From Alphaproteobacteria bacterium (GTDB taxonomy: Bacteria > Pseudomonadota > Alphaproteobacteria > UBA2966): 64,000 nucleotides of DNA. The position numbers and the translations under genes were made by a program. Shown here one piece after another: positions 1-9,461 of the stretch. The notes under the pieces are model-generated. The model was not told the DNA's origin, searched no databases, and saw only the letters and a program-made list of their open reading frames with translations. Each line of letters starts with the position of its first letter. Positions within the stretch are counted from its first letter, which is position 1. Location of the stretch: assembly GCA_964291395.2 (NCBI GenBank), contig OZ219858.1, positions 672,001-736,000 of the forward strand. The letters run 5' to 3'.

Positions 1-310
1 CGCCGAGAATCGAGCCGCCCGAACGGCTCGACGACGGATCAACGGCGAGCACGGCGACACGGTGTCCGGCACCCGTCAACTCGACCCCGACTGCTTCGAT
101 AAACGTCGACTTACCGACGCCCGGCGCACCGGAGATCCCGACCCGAACGGCACTGCCCGTATCGGGGAGCAACATATCCAGCAACGTCAACGCTTGGCCC
201 TGATGATCGGGTCGGCGCGACTCGATCAGGGTGATAGCCCGTCCCATGGCGCGTCGGTCCCCGTTTCGGACACTCTCGGCGAGCGTTTCCATGTCCGAAT
301 TTTCACCCAT
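1..310 (-). CDS. meaB: Methylmalonyl-CoA mutase-associated GTPase MeaB/ArgK (5' part; runs off window start)
   Basis: Manual minus-strand translation [31 protein letters not shown]...[17 protein letters not shown]...[19 protein letters not shown]; P-loop and DPSS..GGSILG signature of MeaB. Not in the ORF track because it is truncated. Confidence 0.9.
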   Translation of the reverse strand, partial: MGENSDMETLAESVRNGDRRAMGRAITLIESRRPDHQGQALTLLDMLLPDTGSAVRVGISGAPGVGKSTFIEAVGVELTGAGHRVAVLAVDPSSSRSGGSILG

Positions 311-522
311 CGCAGCGGGCCTTTCAGGCGTTGCGGTCATTTGTCGTCTTCGTACCGGGATTTCCGGCCGGGCCCGAGAACCGGTGTACAAGTGCACTCC
401 CCGGTCTTCGGACTGAGTTCGTCGAATGTCTTTTTGGCTTTGGCTCCGTTGGCAAGAGCCTCCTGCACGAGTCATTCCCGCGTCCGCGGTCTGGCATCAG
501 CGATGGCAAATGGCGCAATCCA

Positions 523-562
523 TGTGTCCGGTACGAAGTGTCACTTATGTCTCAGATCGGTC
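523..562. mobile_element. Orphan IS481-like terminal sequence remnant
   Basis: tgtgtccggtacgaagtgtcacttatgtctcagatcggtc resembles the internally repeated (TGTC..ATGTCTC.G) ends of IS481-family elements; lies about 12 bp from the tRNA CCA end; no transposase present. Confidence 0.45.
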
Positions 563-573
563 CCCGTGGAGAT

Positions 574-650
574 TGGCGACCCCGGAGGGATTCGAACCCC
601 CGACCTACGGATTAGGAATCCGCCGCTCTATCCGACTGAGCTACGGGGCC
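574..650 (-). tRNA. tRNA-Arg (anticodon CCT)
   Basis: Reverse complement GGCCCCGTAGCTCAGTCGGATAGAGCGGCGGATTCCTAATCCGTAGGTCGGGGGTTCGAATCCCTCCGGGGTCGCCA; cloverleaf, TTCGAAT T-loop, encoded CCA. Confidence 0.97.
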
Positions 651-705
651 GCTGCCAACCTTCTAGGCGCACCTGAATTCCCGGTCAACCGAGCCGGCCG
701 GAGAC

Positions 706-1755
706 TTAAACCTTTGCCATGACCTCCTCGGCAAACAGCTTGAGCGAGGCCTTGGCCTCGTCGAGGGGCATGTTGCCGTAGGCGAAATCGATCGAGGGAT
801 AGATCTCGCCGCCGCAGATCTCCGTGAAATAGGCGATGCGCTCACGGGCGTTCTCCGGCGAACCGATGAAGGACTGCTCCACCAGCACGTCGTACGGGAA
901 CTTCTCGACCGCGGTGATGAACTTCTCGTAGCCCGGATACTGCGCCGACGGCTGGCCGCGCCAGCGCTCCAGCGGCTCCAGAAACATGTTGATGTAGTGG
1001 CGGGCGTAGGATTCGGCGCGCTCCACCGCTTCCTTGTCCGTCGGCGCGCAGTAGGTCCGGAAGTTGATGTTGACGGACGCCGAGGCGGGGTCGTGGCCGG
1101 AGTCCGCGCGGAAGCTCCGGTACTGGACTACCATCTCGCCGAGCTCCGCGGGACGCAGGTAGAACGGCGTGATCATCAGGTTCATACCCTGCCTGCCCGC
1201 GTACTCGAAGGAATCGGGCGTGCGAAAGGCCGCCACATAGAAGGGAGGGTGCGGCTGCTGGACCGGCCGGGGCAGGGAACGAGCTTTCTCGAACCTGTGA
1301 TACCGCCCCTCGAAAGTCACTTCCTCCTCGGTCAGCAGGCGCCGAATGGCCTCGATGCCCTCCTCGTAGAGGGGCCGCGAGTCGTCCATGGAGACACCGA
1401 AGGCGTCGAACTCGTGGGGCAGGAAGGCGCGCGCGAAACCCACGTCGAGGCGCCCGCCGCTCATAGAATCCAGGAGGGCGATGCGCGCCGCGAGCTGGAG
1501 CGGGTGACCGAAAGCCGGGATCACGGCACCCGTCATCAGCCGCATGTCCGGCTGGCGCGCGGCCACGGCGGCCAGAAACTGGAGAGGGTCGGGGCTGTAT
1601 CCTCCATAAGGCGAGAGGTAGTGCTCGATGATCTTGGCGTGCATGAAGCCGAGGTCCGCCGCGAAATCGACGAGCTCGAATGTCTCGGCGTAATACTGCC
1701 GTGCGCTCTTCACGTCGGGCGTGACGTCGGGAAAGAACGTAACTCCAAACCGCAT
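706..1755 (-). CDS. LLM class (luciferase-like) flavin-dependent oxidoreductase
   Basis: EHY..YGG, HPLQLA.RIALLDSMSGGRLDVGFARAF and PRPVQQPHPP motifs. Confidence 0.9.
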   Translation of the reverse strand: MRFGVTFFPDVTPDVKSARQYYAETFELVDFAADLGFMHAKIIEHYLSPYGGYSPDPLQFLAAVAARQPDMRLMTGAVIPAFGHPLQLAARIALLDSMSGGRLDVGFARAFLPHEFDAFGVSMDDSRPLYEEGIEAIRRLLTEEEVTFEGRYHRFEKARSLPRPVQQPHPPFYVAAFRTPDSFEYAGRQGMNLMITPFYLRPAELGEMVVQYRSFRADSGHDPASASVNINFRTYCAPTDKEAVERAESYARHYINMFLEPLERWRGQPSAQYPGYEKFITAVEKFPYDVLVEQSFIGSPENARERIAYFTEICGGEIYPSIDFAYGNMPLDEAKASLKLFAEEVMAKV

Positions 1756-1857
1756 ACGACCCTCCCTCGCGGTACTTCATGCCGCCGCCTCGCCATTGAC
1801 AAATGACTACTCTCCTGGCTCATCCGCGACAAGCCGATAGCAGGGAATATGCGGCAC

Positions 1858-3105
1858 TTACAGCAGCGATTCCTCGAAGGGGAACGTGGACAGCAGCTCA
1901 ACGCCGGTGTCAGTCACCAGAACCTGCTGCTCGAGTTTGACACCCTCGGCACCGCCTTGGCTGCCGACGTAACTCTCAAGGCAGAGCGTCATGCCGGGCT
2001 CGATGACACCATCGTAACCATGGTCCAGAAGATCCCCGGGATAGGCGATGTGCGGATACTCGTCGCAGAGTCCTACACCGTGCGCGATGACCGAATAGCG
2101 GTTGGCGCCGAACTCATCCGGCAACCGGAAGCTCTTTTCGGCGAATTCCCGGAACGTCATGCCAGGTTTCAATGATTCGGCATTGAAATCGAGGTGTTCG
2201 CGGGCGAGCGCATAGAGCCGGCGCTGCTCGTCGTTGGCTCTGCCGTCGCCGCAGAGGTACGTGCGGGAGATGTCGGCACAGTAGCCGAAGGGTCCGATCA
2301 GATCCGTGTCGAAGGAGACGAGGTCGCCAGCCTCAATGATACGGAAGCCCGACTCCTGGAACCAGGGATTGGTCTTGGGACCCGACGTCAAGAGACGGGT
2401 CTCGATCCATTCACCGCCCCGTGCGATGTTTACCTGATGCAGGATCGACCAGAGCGCATTTTCGGTCATGCCTGGGGCCAGACGCGTGCGCATCTCGTGC
2501 ATCGCCGCCTCGCACACGGCAATCGAAGCCCGCATGCACTGGATCTCATCGTCCGACTTGATGACCCGCGCGAGCTCCATGATCTCGGTCCCGTCGCGAG
2601 TCTCGAGGCCCAATTCCTGCAGCGCTGCAATGGCGACAGGATTCGCTCGATCGATCGCAAGGCGCCGGTTGCCGCCTCCGCAATGCCGCAACAGATCTCC
2701 GATCTCCCTCGCCCAGCGATCCGCCCGTTCGGTCATCGCCGGTCCCGAAGCGAAATAATAGATGCCGGTGCCGTGGCGGATCTCGTCGACCGTGTCCAGA
2801 CCTGCGGAACGGTGCCCGCTATTGTGGAAATCGAACATCACCACGGGGCCGTCTACGGGGACGAAGACATAGCGCGCCGCGTTGTGCGTAATCCAGACCT
2901 GCATATTGGTGGAGTCCGTGGCATAGCGGACGTTCAGCGGGTCTGTCAGTACGATGGCAGCGACATCCCGTGCGGCCAGCTCCGACCGTACGCGACCCAG
3001 GCGGTAGGCGCGCACCGCGTCCATGTCGATACTTCGATATTCCGGCGGGTCGCGGTCTGATGCTGCGGGAAATCCCGCGTCGACAAGCGTGTTCATTTGA
3101 CTCAC
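1858..3105 (-). CDS. dddP: M24 metallopeptidase-fold protein, DddP (DMSP lyase)-like
   Basis: DPLNVRYATDSTNMQVW, RGGEWIETRLL.SGP.TNPWFQE, FDTDLIG..YCADISRT, HGVGLCDE and KLE motifs typical of DddP. Confidence 0.7.
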   Translation of the reverse strand: MSQMNTLVDAGFPAASDRDPPEYRSIDMDAVRAYRLGRVRSELAARDVAAIVLTDPLNVRYATDSTNMQVWITHNAARYVFVPVDGPVVMFDFHNSGHRSAGLDTVDEIRHGTGIYYFASGPAMTERADRWAREIGDLLRHCGGGNRRLAIDRANPVAIAALQELGLETRDGTEIMELARVIKSDDEIQCMRASIAVCEAAMHEMRTRLAPGMTENALWSILHQVNIARGGEWIETRLLTSGPKTNPWFQESGFRIIEAGDLVSFDTDLIGPFGYCADISRTYLCGDGRANDEQRRLYALAREHLDFNAESLKPGMTFREFAEKSFRLPDEFGANRYSVIAHGVGLCDEYPHIAYPGDLLDHGYDGVIEPGMTLCLESYVGSQGGAEGVKLEQQVLVTDTGVELLSTFPFEESLL

Positions 3106-3236
3106 TCACCAGTTCTCGATCGGTGTGTATCCATTGGATGGTCGCCGTCGGACCCTGACTCCGATCCCGCCTTGGTGATATTCTGAATGCGTCCTGAGGC
3201 ATAGTTCCCATGAGAAAAACCTGAGAGCACTCGTCC

Positions 3237-4556
3237 ATGTCCGCCGATGTCCGTGGCCTGCCCATCACCGTTGCCAACGACGAAGCGCTTACGGCGTACG
3301 AGAAGGCGGTCGCCGGCTACCTGGCGCAGAAGCGCGACACCATGGACCAGCTCGACGCGGCACTCGACGCCGACCCGGAATTCGTGATGGCCCACTGCCT
3401 CAAGGCCTATCTGCTGAAGATGGCCTTCGATCCGGCTTTCCTTTCGGCCGCGCGCGAATCCCTGGAAGCAGCCAGGAAGGCGGCTGGGGGCGCGACGGAT
3501 CGCGAGAAGCGTCACGTCATCGCGGCCGGCCTCCTGCTCGACCAGAAGGCCGTCGACGCGCTGGCCACGCTCGATGGCATCGCCATCGACTACCCGACCG
3601 ACTTGATGACGTTGAAGCTGACGCAATTTTTCCACTTCTGGCGAGGCGATGCCGCCAACATGCGCGATGTCATCGGCCGCGCCCTGCACGCGTGGGATCC
3701 GGGCGTACCGGGTTACGGATTCGTACTCGGGTTGCTGTCCTTCGGCTTCGAAGAAGGCGGCGATTACGGGGCGGCGGAGCGCGTGGGGCGCGAGGCCGTG
3801 GAATTGAATCCTGAGGATTCCTGGGCCGTCCATGCCGTCGCGCATACGATCGAGATGGAAGGCCGGCATGCCGACGGAATCCAGTGGCTGAAGCGCACGG
3901 AAGCGAACTGGCTCGGGAACAACAACTTCCGCTTTCACCTGTGGTGGCACCGCTCCCTTCATCACCTGGAGCGGGACGAGGTCGACGAGGTCCTCGAACT
4001 CTACGACACCGGGATCCGCGGTGAGAAAACCGACTTCGCGACGGATATCGCCAACGGCTCGGCGCTGCTCTGGCGGCTGGTGCTCCGCGGTATCGACGTC
4101 GGCAATCGCTGGGAGGAGCTCGGCGAACGCGCCGAGGCCCATGTGCGCGACGCCGTAAATGCCTTCTTCAACACCAACTACATGATGGCGCTGCTGGCCA
4201 CCGACCGGCGGGAGGCGGCAGAGAACCTGCTCACGGCGATGCGCGAGGAGTCGGCCCGCAATGATCCGCTCGCTTCGCGTGCCGTTGACGCCGGCGTTGC
4301 CTTGTCGGAAGCGCTGCGGGCGTTCCATGACGGTGACTACGGCGCGGCCGTCGACTTCATCCTGCCCGTACGCTACGACCAGCACCTGTTCGGCGGCAGC
4401 CATGCCCAACGGGACGTCTTCGACCAGACTCTGGTGGTGGCCGCGATCCGATCCGGCCGCGAGTCCTTAGCCCGCGCCCTGATCACGGAGCGTGAAACCC
4501 GCCACCGCCAAGTGCCGGCGGCCTGGAAAGCCGAGGCCGGCATGACGGTGCATTAA
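3237..4556 (+). CDS. Tetratricopeptide repeat protein 38 (TTC38) family
   Basis: WAVHAVAHTIEMEG, HLWWH and GGSHAQRDVF motifs. Confidence 0.85.
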   Translation: MSADVRGLPITVANDEALTAYEKAVAGYLAQKRDTMDQLDAALDADPEFVMAHCLKAYLLKMAFDPAFLSAARESLEAARKAAGGATDREKRHVIAAGLLLDQKAVDALATLDGIAIDYPTDLMTLKLTQFFHFWRGDAANMRDVIGRALHAWDPGVPGYGFVLGLLSFGFEEGGDYGAAERVGREAVELNPEDSWAVHAVAHTIEMEGRHADGIQWLKRTEANWLGNNNFRFHLWWHRSLHHLERDEVDEVLELYDTGIRGEKTDFATDIANGSALLWRLVLRGIDVGNRWEELGERAEAHVRDAVNAFFNTNYMMALLATDRREAAENLLTAMREESARNDPLASRAVDAGVALSEALRAFHDGDYGAAVDFILPVRYDQHLFGGSHAQRDVFDQTLVVAAIRSGRESLARALITERETRHRQVPAAWKAEAGMTVH

Positions 4557-4569
4557 CACGCGGCGCCCG

Positions 4570-5595
4570 ATGAAAACCGAGGATCCGAATGGGCCGTGGC
4601 CCTGTATGATTTTCCGGCGTAGATTCTACCCGACGCTGATTGTTGCGGCGCTGGTCTGGTCGCCCGTGGTGGCCCATGCCGATCTCGCCGAGGAATCGGC
4701 ACTCTGCCGCGACGCAACGGCCCATCCCGACGTGCGGGTCGGCGCATGCACGCATCTTATCCGCTGGGGCAACCACAGCGACAGGAGCCTCGCCGCCGCC
4801 TTCCACGCCCGCGGGCTCGCATATGACGCGCTCGGCGATAGCAAGAACGCCATTTCGGATTTCTCCGAGTCGATTCGCCTGAACCCGGGCAATGCCGTCG
4901 CTTACAACAACCGGGCCAATGCCTACGCGACTCTGGGCGCATTCGACCGGGCGCTCGCCGATTTCGCGGAGTCTCTGCGCCTCGATTCGGAAGATGCCAG
5001 CACGTTCAACAACCGTGGTACGGTCTATCAGAAGCTGGCCAACTATCGGCGGGCGCTCGCCCACTACGACGAGGCCATCCGTCTCGACCCGGGACTCATG
5101 CTGGCCCACAACAACCGCTGCGTGGCGCACCGGTCCCTGGGTGAATTCGTAAAGGCCCTGGCCGACTGCACGCGCGCCATCGAGCTGCAGCCTACCTACT
5201 GGCGGGCTTGGATGAACCGCGGCATCCTACACTACCTGATGGAGAGCTACGCCGAGGCCGCCGAGGACTACCAAGCGGCGATCCGTCTCGAACCCCTGAA
5301 TGCCGTACCCTTGAACGCCCTGGCCTGGTTGCGGGCGACCGCACCCGAGCAGAGCGTGCGGGATGGCGCCGAGGCGACGCGGCTTGCCGAAAGAGCCGTA
5401 CAACTCGGCGATACCGCACAGCATCGTGACACGCTCGCCGCCGCCTACGCCGAAGCGGGGCACTATCCCCGTGCGGTCAAGGAGGAAGAACGGGCCATCG
5501 CTCTGTCGCGCGATTCCGGTCGTCAGGAGACGGTGGCAGGCTTCCGAAAGCGACTGGAACTTTACCGTCGGGGCCAGCCCTTCCGTCAGCGATAG
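4570..5595 (+). CDS. Secreted TPR-repeat protein
   Basis: Signal-peptide-like N-terminus; repeated 34-aa units (AYNNRA..Y..LG....A..DF..S.RL.P); true start may be slightly downstream. Confidence 0.85.
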   Translation: MKTEDPNGPWPCMIFRRRFYPTLIVAALVWSPVVAHADLAEESALCRDATAHPDVRVGACTHLIRWGNHSDRSLAAAFHARGLAYDALGDSKNAISDFSESIRLNPGNAVAYNNRANAYATLGAFDRALADFAESLRLDSEDASTFNNRGTVYQKLANYRRALAHYDEAIRLDPGLMLAHNNRCVAHRSLGEFVKALADCTRAIELQPTYWRAWMNRGILHYLMESYAEAAEDYQAAIRLEPLNAVPLNALAWLRATAPEQSVRDGAEATRLAERAVQLGDTAQHRDTLAAAYAEAGHYPRAVKEEERAIALSRDSGRQETVAGFRKRLELYRRGQPFRQR

Positions 5596-5600
5596 GTCCG

Positions 5601-5846
5601 ATGGAACGGGTCATGATCGCCATCGACGACGTTTACGTTCCCGCGAAGCGCCGTCGCACGCTGGTCGCCGGGACTGTCACCGCCCTGGCCGAAAGCATCC
5701 TGGAGGAAGGTCTGAAGACACCTATCCTGGTGAGGCCCGACGGCGACCGGTTCGTGCTCGTCGAAGGACTCCACCGGCTCGAAGCCTGCAGGGCCCTGGG
5801 GGAGGAGATCATCCCAGCATATGAGGTCAATGCCCGCCTCAGGTGA
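5601..5846 (+). CDS. Stand-alone ParB/Srx N-terminal domain protein
   Basis: LAESI.EEGLKTPILVR...LVEGLHRLEA motif; 81 aa. Confidence 0.8.
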   Translation: MERVMIAIDDVYVPAKRRRTLVAGTVTALAESILEEGLKTPILVRPDGDRFVLVEGLHRLEACRALGEEIIPAYEVNARLR

Positions 5847-5876
5847 GAGATGCTTCAGCCGGTGTCGTGACCCCGC

Positions 5877-6728
5877 TCAAACCGGTACCTCTCCTTTCAC
5901 GCTGGTGCGCAGCAGATGGCGCACGTCGCCGTCGGCGTAGTTCGAAAGCGCCTTGTGCATGGTGACACGGTTGTCCCACATCACGAAGTCTCCGTCCCGC
6001 CAATGGTGGGTGTAGAGGTTGTCGGCAGCGGTGGCCTGGGCGAATAGCGCGTCCAGGGTCTCGCGGCTTTCCTCCGCCCCCATCCCGACGATCAGGCGGG
6101 TAAACCCGGGATTGACGTAGAGCGCCCTGCGCCTGGTCTCGACTTGGGTGCGTACCACCGGATGTTCCACCGGCGGCACCTCGGCCGCCTGTTCGGTGGT
6201 CAGCGTCCGATCGGGGTTGTCGGCGAATACGGTCTCATAGGCCAGCGTGTAGTCATGCACCGCGCGGCATCCGTCAATCCGTTCCTTGACGTCCGCAGGC
6301 AACGTCTCATAGGCGCGCACCATGCTGGCGAACATGGTTTCGCCCCGCCCCGTCGGGACCTCTTTTGCGTGGAGCATCGATGCGAAGGTCGGCCGCACGG
6401 TATAGGAGAGATCGGAGTGCCAGTACTGGCCGGCGTTGACGGCGCCGACAGGCTTCCCGTCCTTGCGCACGTTGGAGACGATGAACACTTCGGGCATGCC
6501 TGGCAGCGTGAAGTCGGAGAGGACGTGCACTTCGGGCTCGCCGAGTTGACGGGTCAGCATGATCTGGGCCTCCGGCGACATCTCCTGATCGGGAAACACG
6601 AGCACGGCGTGTTCGCAGAGCGTCATCCTGATCTCGTCCGCGACGCCGACATCGACCGGACTACCGAGATCCACCCCAGTCACCTCGGCGCCGATCGGGG
6701 CGTCTCCGGGCCTGATGGTCAGGGTCAT
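5877..6728 (-). CDS. TauD/TfdA family 2-oxoglutarate-dependent dioxygenase
   Basis: WHSD (HxD), HPVVR, and WDNR.TMH..R motifs. Confidence 0.92.
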   Translation of the reverse strand: MTLTIRPGDAPIGAEVTGVDLGSPVDVGVADEIRMTLCEHAVLVFPDQEMSPEAQIMLTRQLGEPEVHVLSDFTLPGMPEVFIVSNVRKDGKPVGAVNAGQYWHSDLSYTVRPTFASMLHAKEVPTGRGETMFASMVRAYETLPADVKERIDGCRAVHDYTLAYETVFADNPDRTLTTEQAAEVPPVEHPVVRTQVETRRRALYVNPGFTRLIVGMGAEESRETLDALFAQATAADNLYTHHWRDGDFVMWDNRVTMHKALSNYADGDVRHLLRTSVKGEVPV

Positions 6729-6813
6729 GCGTCCCTTCGCCCGTCGATCATTCGTATCATTGGTGCGACGTTCCCAATCGAGACCCGACCCCGGGTCCGA
6801 CCCTCCTGGAGAT

Positions 6814-7695
6814 CTAGCGCTGCATACCCCACTTCTGCACGGTGCCGATCTCGACGTTGCGGAAAATCAGGTTCTCGACGATCAGGCCGATGACGATGAC
6901 CGTGAAGAGGGCCGCAAAGACGTAAGGTGTTTCGAGGTTGTCGCCCCTCTCGAAGATCATCCAGCCCAATCCGCCCTCGCCGGAGGCCGCGCCGAACACG
7001 AGTTCGGCGCCGATCAACGTCCGCCAAGCGAAGGCCCAACCTACCTTCATCCCCGTGAGGATGGAGGCGAAGGCTGCCGGTACGAGGATCGTGAAGACGT
7101 AAGGAATGCCCCGCAGACCGTAGTTGCGGCCCACCATGCGCAACGTTTCGCTGACCGACATGAAGCCGGTGTGGGTGCTCAGCGCCACGGCCCACAGCAC
7201 CGAGTGGATGGTGACGAAGACCAAGCTCGGCACTCCGAGGCCGAACCACAGCATGGCCAACGGCAGCAGCGAGATCGCCGGAAGCGGCTGGAACATGGCC
7301 GTCATGGTGCTAAGGAAGTCGCTGCCCACGCGCGTCATCACCGCGAAGACCAGCAGTGCCGCCGCAAGAAACAGACCCGCCGCATAACCGAGCACCAGCA
7401 CGTAGACCGTGATCCACACCTTCTCCAGCATCAAGCCGCTGAGCAGGGTCTCCCACAGGACCGCGGCGCTCGCGGAGAAGCTCGGGAACAGCAGGGGCTC
7501 GACGTCCCCGATCCGGGTGTAGCCCTCCCACAGCACGACGAGGCCGAGGAGGATGGTGAGCTTGCGGACCGCGTTGATGTTCGAGATCCGCTCGAACAGC
7601 GACAGGCGCCGCTCGACGTCGACGTCCTGAGCGGCCTCGAGCCGTTCGACGACGAACTCCGGCCGGACATGGATGTCTGCCGTCGTATCCGTCAT
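6814..7695 (-). CDS. NitT/TauT family ABC transporter permease
   Basis: PLPAISLLPLAMLWFGLG and GWAFAWRTLI.AELVFG; start MTDTTADIH at 7695 overlaps the stop of the upstream permease. Confidence 0.88.
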   Translation of the reverse strand: MTDTTADIHVRPEFVVERLEAAQDVDVERRLSLFERISNINAVRKLTILLGLVVLWEGYTRIGDVEPLLFPSFSASAAVLWETLLSGLMLEKVWITVYVLVLGYAAGLFLAAALLVFAVMTRVGSDFLSTMTAMFQPLPAISLLPLAMLWFGLGVPSLVFVTIHSVLWAVALSTHTGFMSVSETLRMVGRNYGLRGIPYVFTILVPAAFASILTGMKVGWAFAWRTLIGAELVFGAASGEGGLGWMIFERGDNLETPYVFAALFTVIVIGLIVENLIFRNVEIGTVQKWGMQR

Positions 7696-8612
7696 GCGAT
7701 CTGCATTCCCCAGCGCCGGATCGTGCGATCCTCGATGTTCCGGAATACACCGTTCTCGATGATGATCCCCACCAGGATCACGGCGAACAGACCGGCGAAC
7801 ACGTACGGCGTCTGATTTTCCATCTGGCTCTGGAAGATGATCCAACCGAGCCCGCCGGCACTGGAACCTTCGGCGCCGAGCTGGCCCGAGGTGTCCGCCA
7901 CCTGGCCGCCGAACACGAGCTCGGCCGCGATCAGCGTGCGCCAGGCAAAGGCCCAGCCGATGCGCAGCCCCGTCAGGATCGACGGGAAGGCCGCCGGGAT
8001 GAGGATCTTGTAAATGTAGGGCAAGCCCTTGAGGCCATAGTTGCGGCCGACCATGCGTTGGGTCTCGCTGACGCCCATGAACCCGGAATGGGTGTTGAGC
8101 GCCACCGGCCAGATGATGGAGTGGAGCAGCGTGAAGACGATCGCCGCCGGACCGAGACCGAACCACAGCATGGCCATCGGCAGCAGCGCGATGGCCGGCA
8201 GCGGGTTGAGCATGGCGGTCAACGTCGTCAGCAGGTCGCTGCCGAAGCGTGTCCACACGCCGAAGACGACGAGCACCGAGGCGATGCCGATGCCGACGGC
8301 GTAGCCCGTCAGCAGCAGGCTGAGCGAGTTCCAGACATTGATCAGCAGACTTTCGTTGACCAGGGCGTTGTAGAGTGCCGTCCCCGTGGCGGAGAATGTC
8401 GGGAACATGAGCTCGTTGATCTGGCTGATCCGCGTGTAGAGTTCCCACGCCACGACCAGCGTCACGAGGACGCTGAGCTTGCGGACCGCGTCGACGTTCG
8501 AGATGCGCTCCCAGACGGAGAGCCGCCGTTCGACGTCGCCGATCACGGCTTCGCCGATCTGCTGACCCTCGAACTCCTTCCGGACGTATGGTTGGATCGC
8601 GTGGTCAGACAT
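7692..8612 (-). CDS. NitT/TauT family ABC transporter permease (paralog)
   Basis: NPLPAIALLPMAMLWFGLG, GWAFAWRTLIAAELVFG. Confidence 0.9.
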   Translation of the reverse strand: MSDHAIQPYVRKEFEGQQIGEAVIGDVERRLSVWERISNVDAVRKLSVLVTLVVAWELYTRISQINELMFPTFSATGTALYNALVNESLLINVWNSLSLLLTGYAVGIGIASVLVVFGVWTRFGSDLLTTLTAMLNPLPAIALLPMAMLWFGLGPAAIVFTLLHSIIWPVALNTHSGFMGVSETQRMVGRNYGLKGLPYIYKILIPAAFPSILTGLRIGWAFAWRTLIAAELVFGGQVADTSGQLGAEGSSAGGLGWIIFQSQMENQTPYVFAGLFAVILVGIIIENGVFRNIEDRTIRRWGMQIA

Positions 8613-9459
8613 GCTGAGGCTGGGTCTCCTCCTCGAGCACTCTGTCCGCGAAGATCATGCCGTGGATGCGGTTTTGCAGGGCCATGAAGTCTTCGCCGCC
8701 GACATCGTCATGGGTGTGCAGATGGGCGTTGAGTTCGGCCTTCACCTGCCCGGGATGCGGCGACATGATCAGGATGCGGCTGCCGACGATGACGGCTTCC
8801 TCGATCGAGTGGGTGACGAAAATGACGGTGAAACGCGTGTCATCCCACAACTGCAGAAGCTCCTCCTGCATCTGGCGGCGGGTCAGCGCGTCGAGCGCCG
8901 CGAACGGCTCGTCCATCAGCAGGATATCGGGTTCCATGGACATGGCGCGGGCGATGGCGACGCGTTGCTTCATGCCGCCCGACAGCATGTGGGGATACGT
9001 GTCCTCGAAACGCTCGAGCTTCACCTTGCGGATGTACTCGTGGGCGATCTCCTTGGCGTCGTCCTGGGACTTGCACTTGCCGCCATTGAGGAGTGCAAAG
9101 GTGATGTTGCCCATCACCGTCTTCCAGGGCAGGAGCTGATCGAACTCCTGGAACACCATACAGCGGTCGGGTCCCGGATCGCGGATCACGTTTCCCTTGA
9201 GGCGCATGTGACCCTCGACGGGATGCATGTAACCGGCGATCCCCTTGAGCAGGGTCGATTTGCCGCAGCCGGACGGGCCGAGGATGACGAATCGGTCCGC
9301 CGGATAAGTCTGAAAACTGACCCGGTAGGTCGCGGTGATCAAATGCTCCTTGGTCTTGTACTGGAGCGTGACACCGTCGACGTCGAGAACGGGTTCGGCC
9401 GCAGCGACGGCGGGAGCTTCTCCCGCCGTCGCCGCGGCCAGTTCACTGCCGCCCGACAC
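8605..9459 (-). CDS. NitT/TauT family ABC transporter ATP-binding protein
   Basis: Walker A GPSGCGKST, LSGGMKQR signature, LLMDEPF Walker B. Confidence 0.93.
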   Translation of the reverse strand: MSGGSELAAATAGEAPAVAAAEPVLDVDGVTLQYKTKEHLITATYRVSFQTYPADRFVILGPSGCGKSTLLKGIAGYMHPVEGHMRLKGNVIRDPGPDRCMVFQEFDQLLPWKTVMGNITFALLNGGKCKSQDDAKEIAHEYIRKVKLERFEDTYPHMLSGGMKQRVAIARAMSMEPDILLMDEPFAALDALTRRQMQEELLQLWDDTRFTVIFVTHSIEEAVIVGSRILIMSPHPGQVKAELNAHLHTHDDVGGEDFMALQNRIHGMIFADRVLEEETQPQHV

Positions 9460-9461
9460 CT

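Noticed and set aside
5601-5846. Partitioning system or plasmid origin
   Set aside because: Stand-alone ParB-N domain without HTH, parA or parS.
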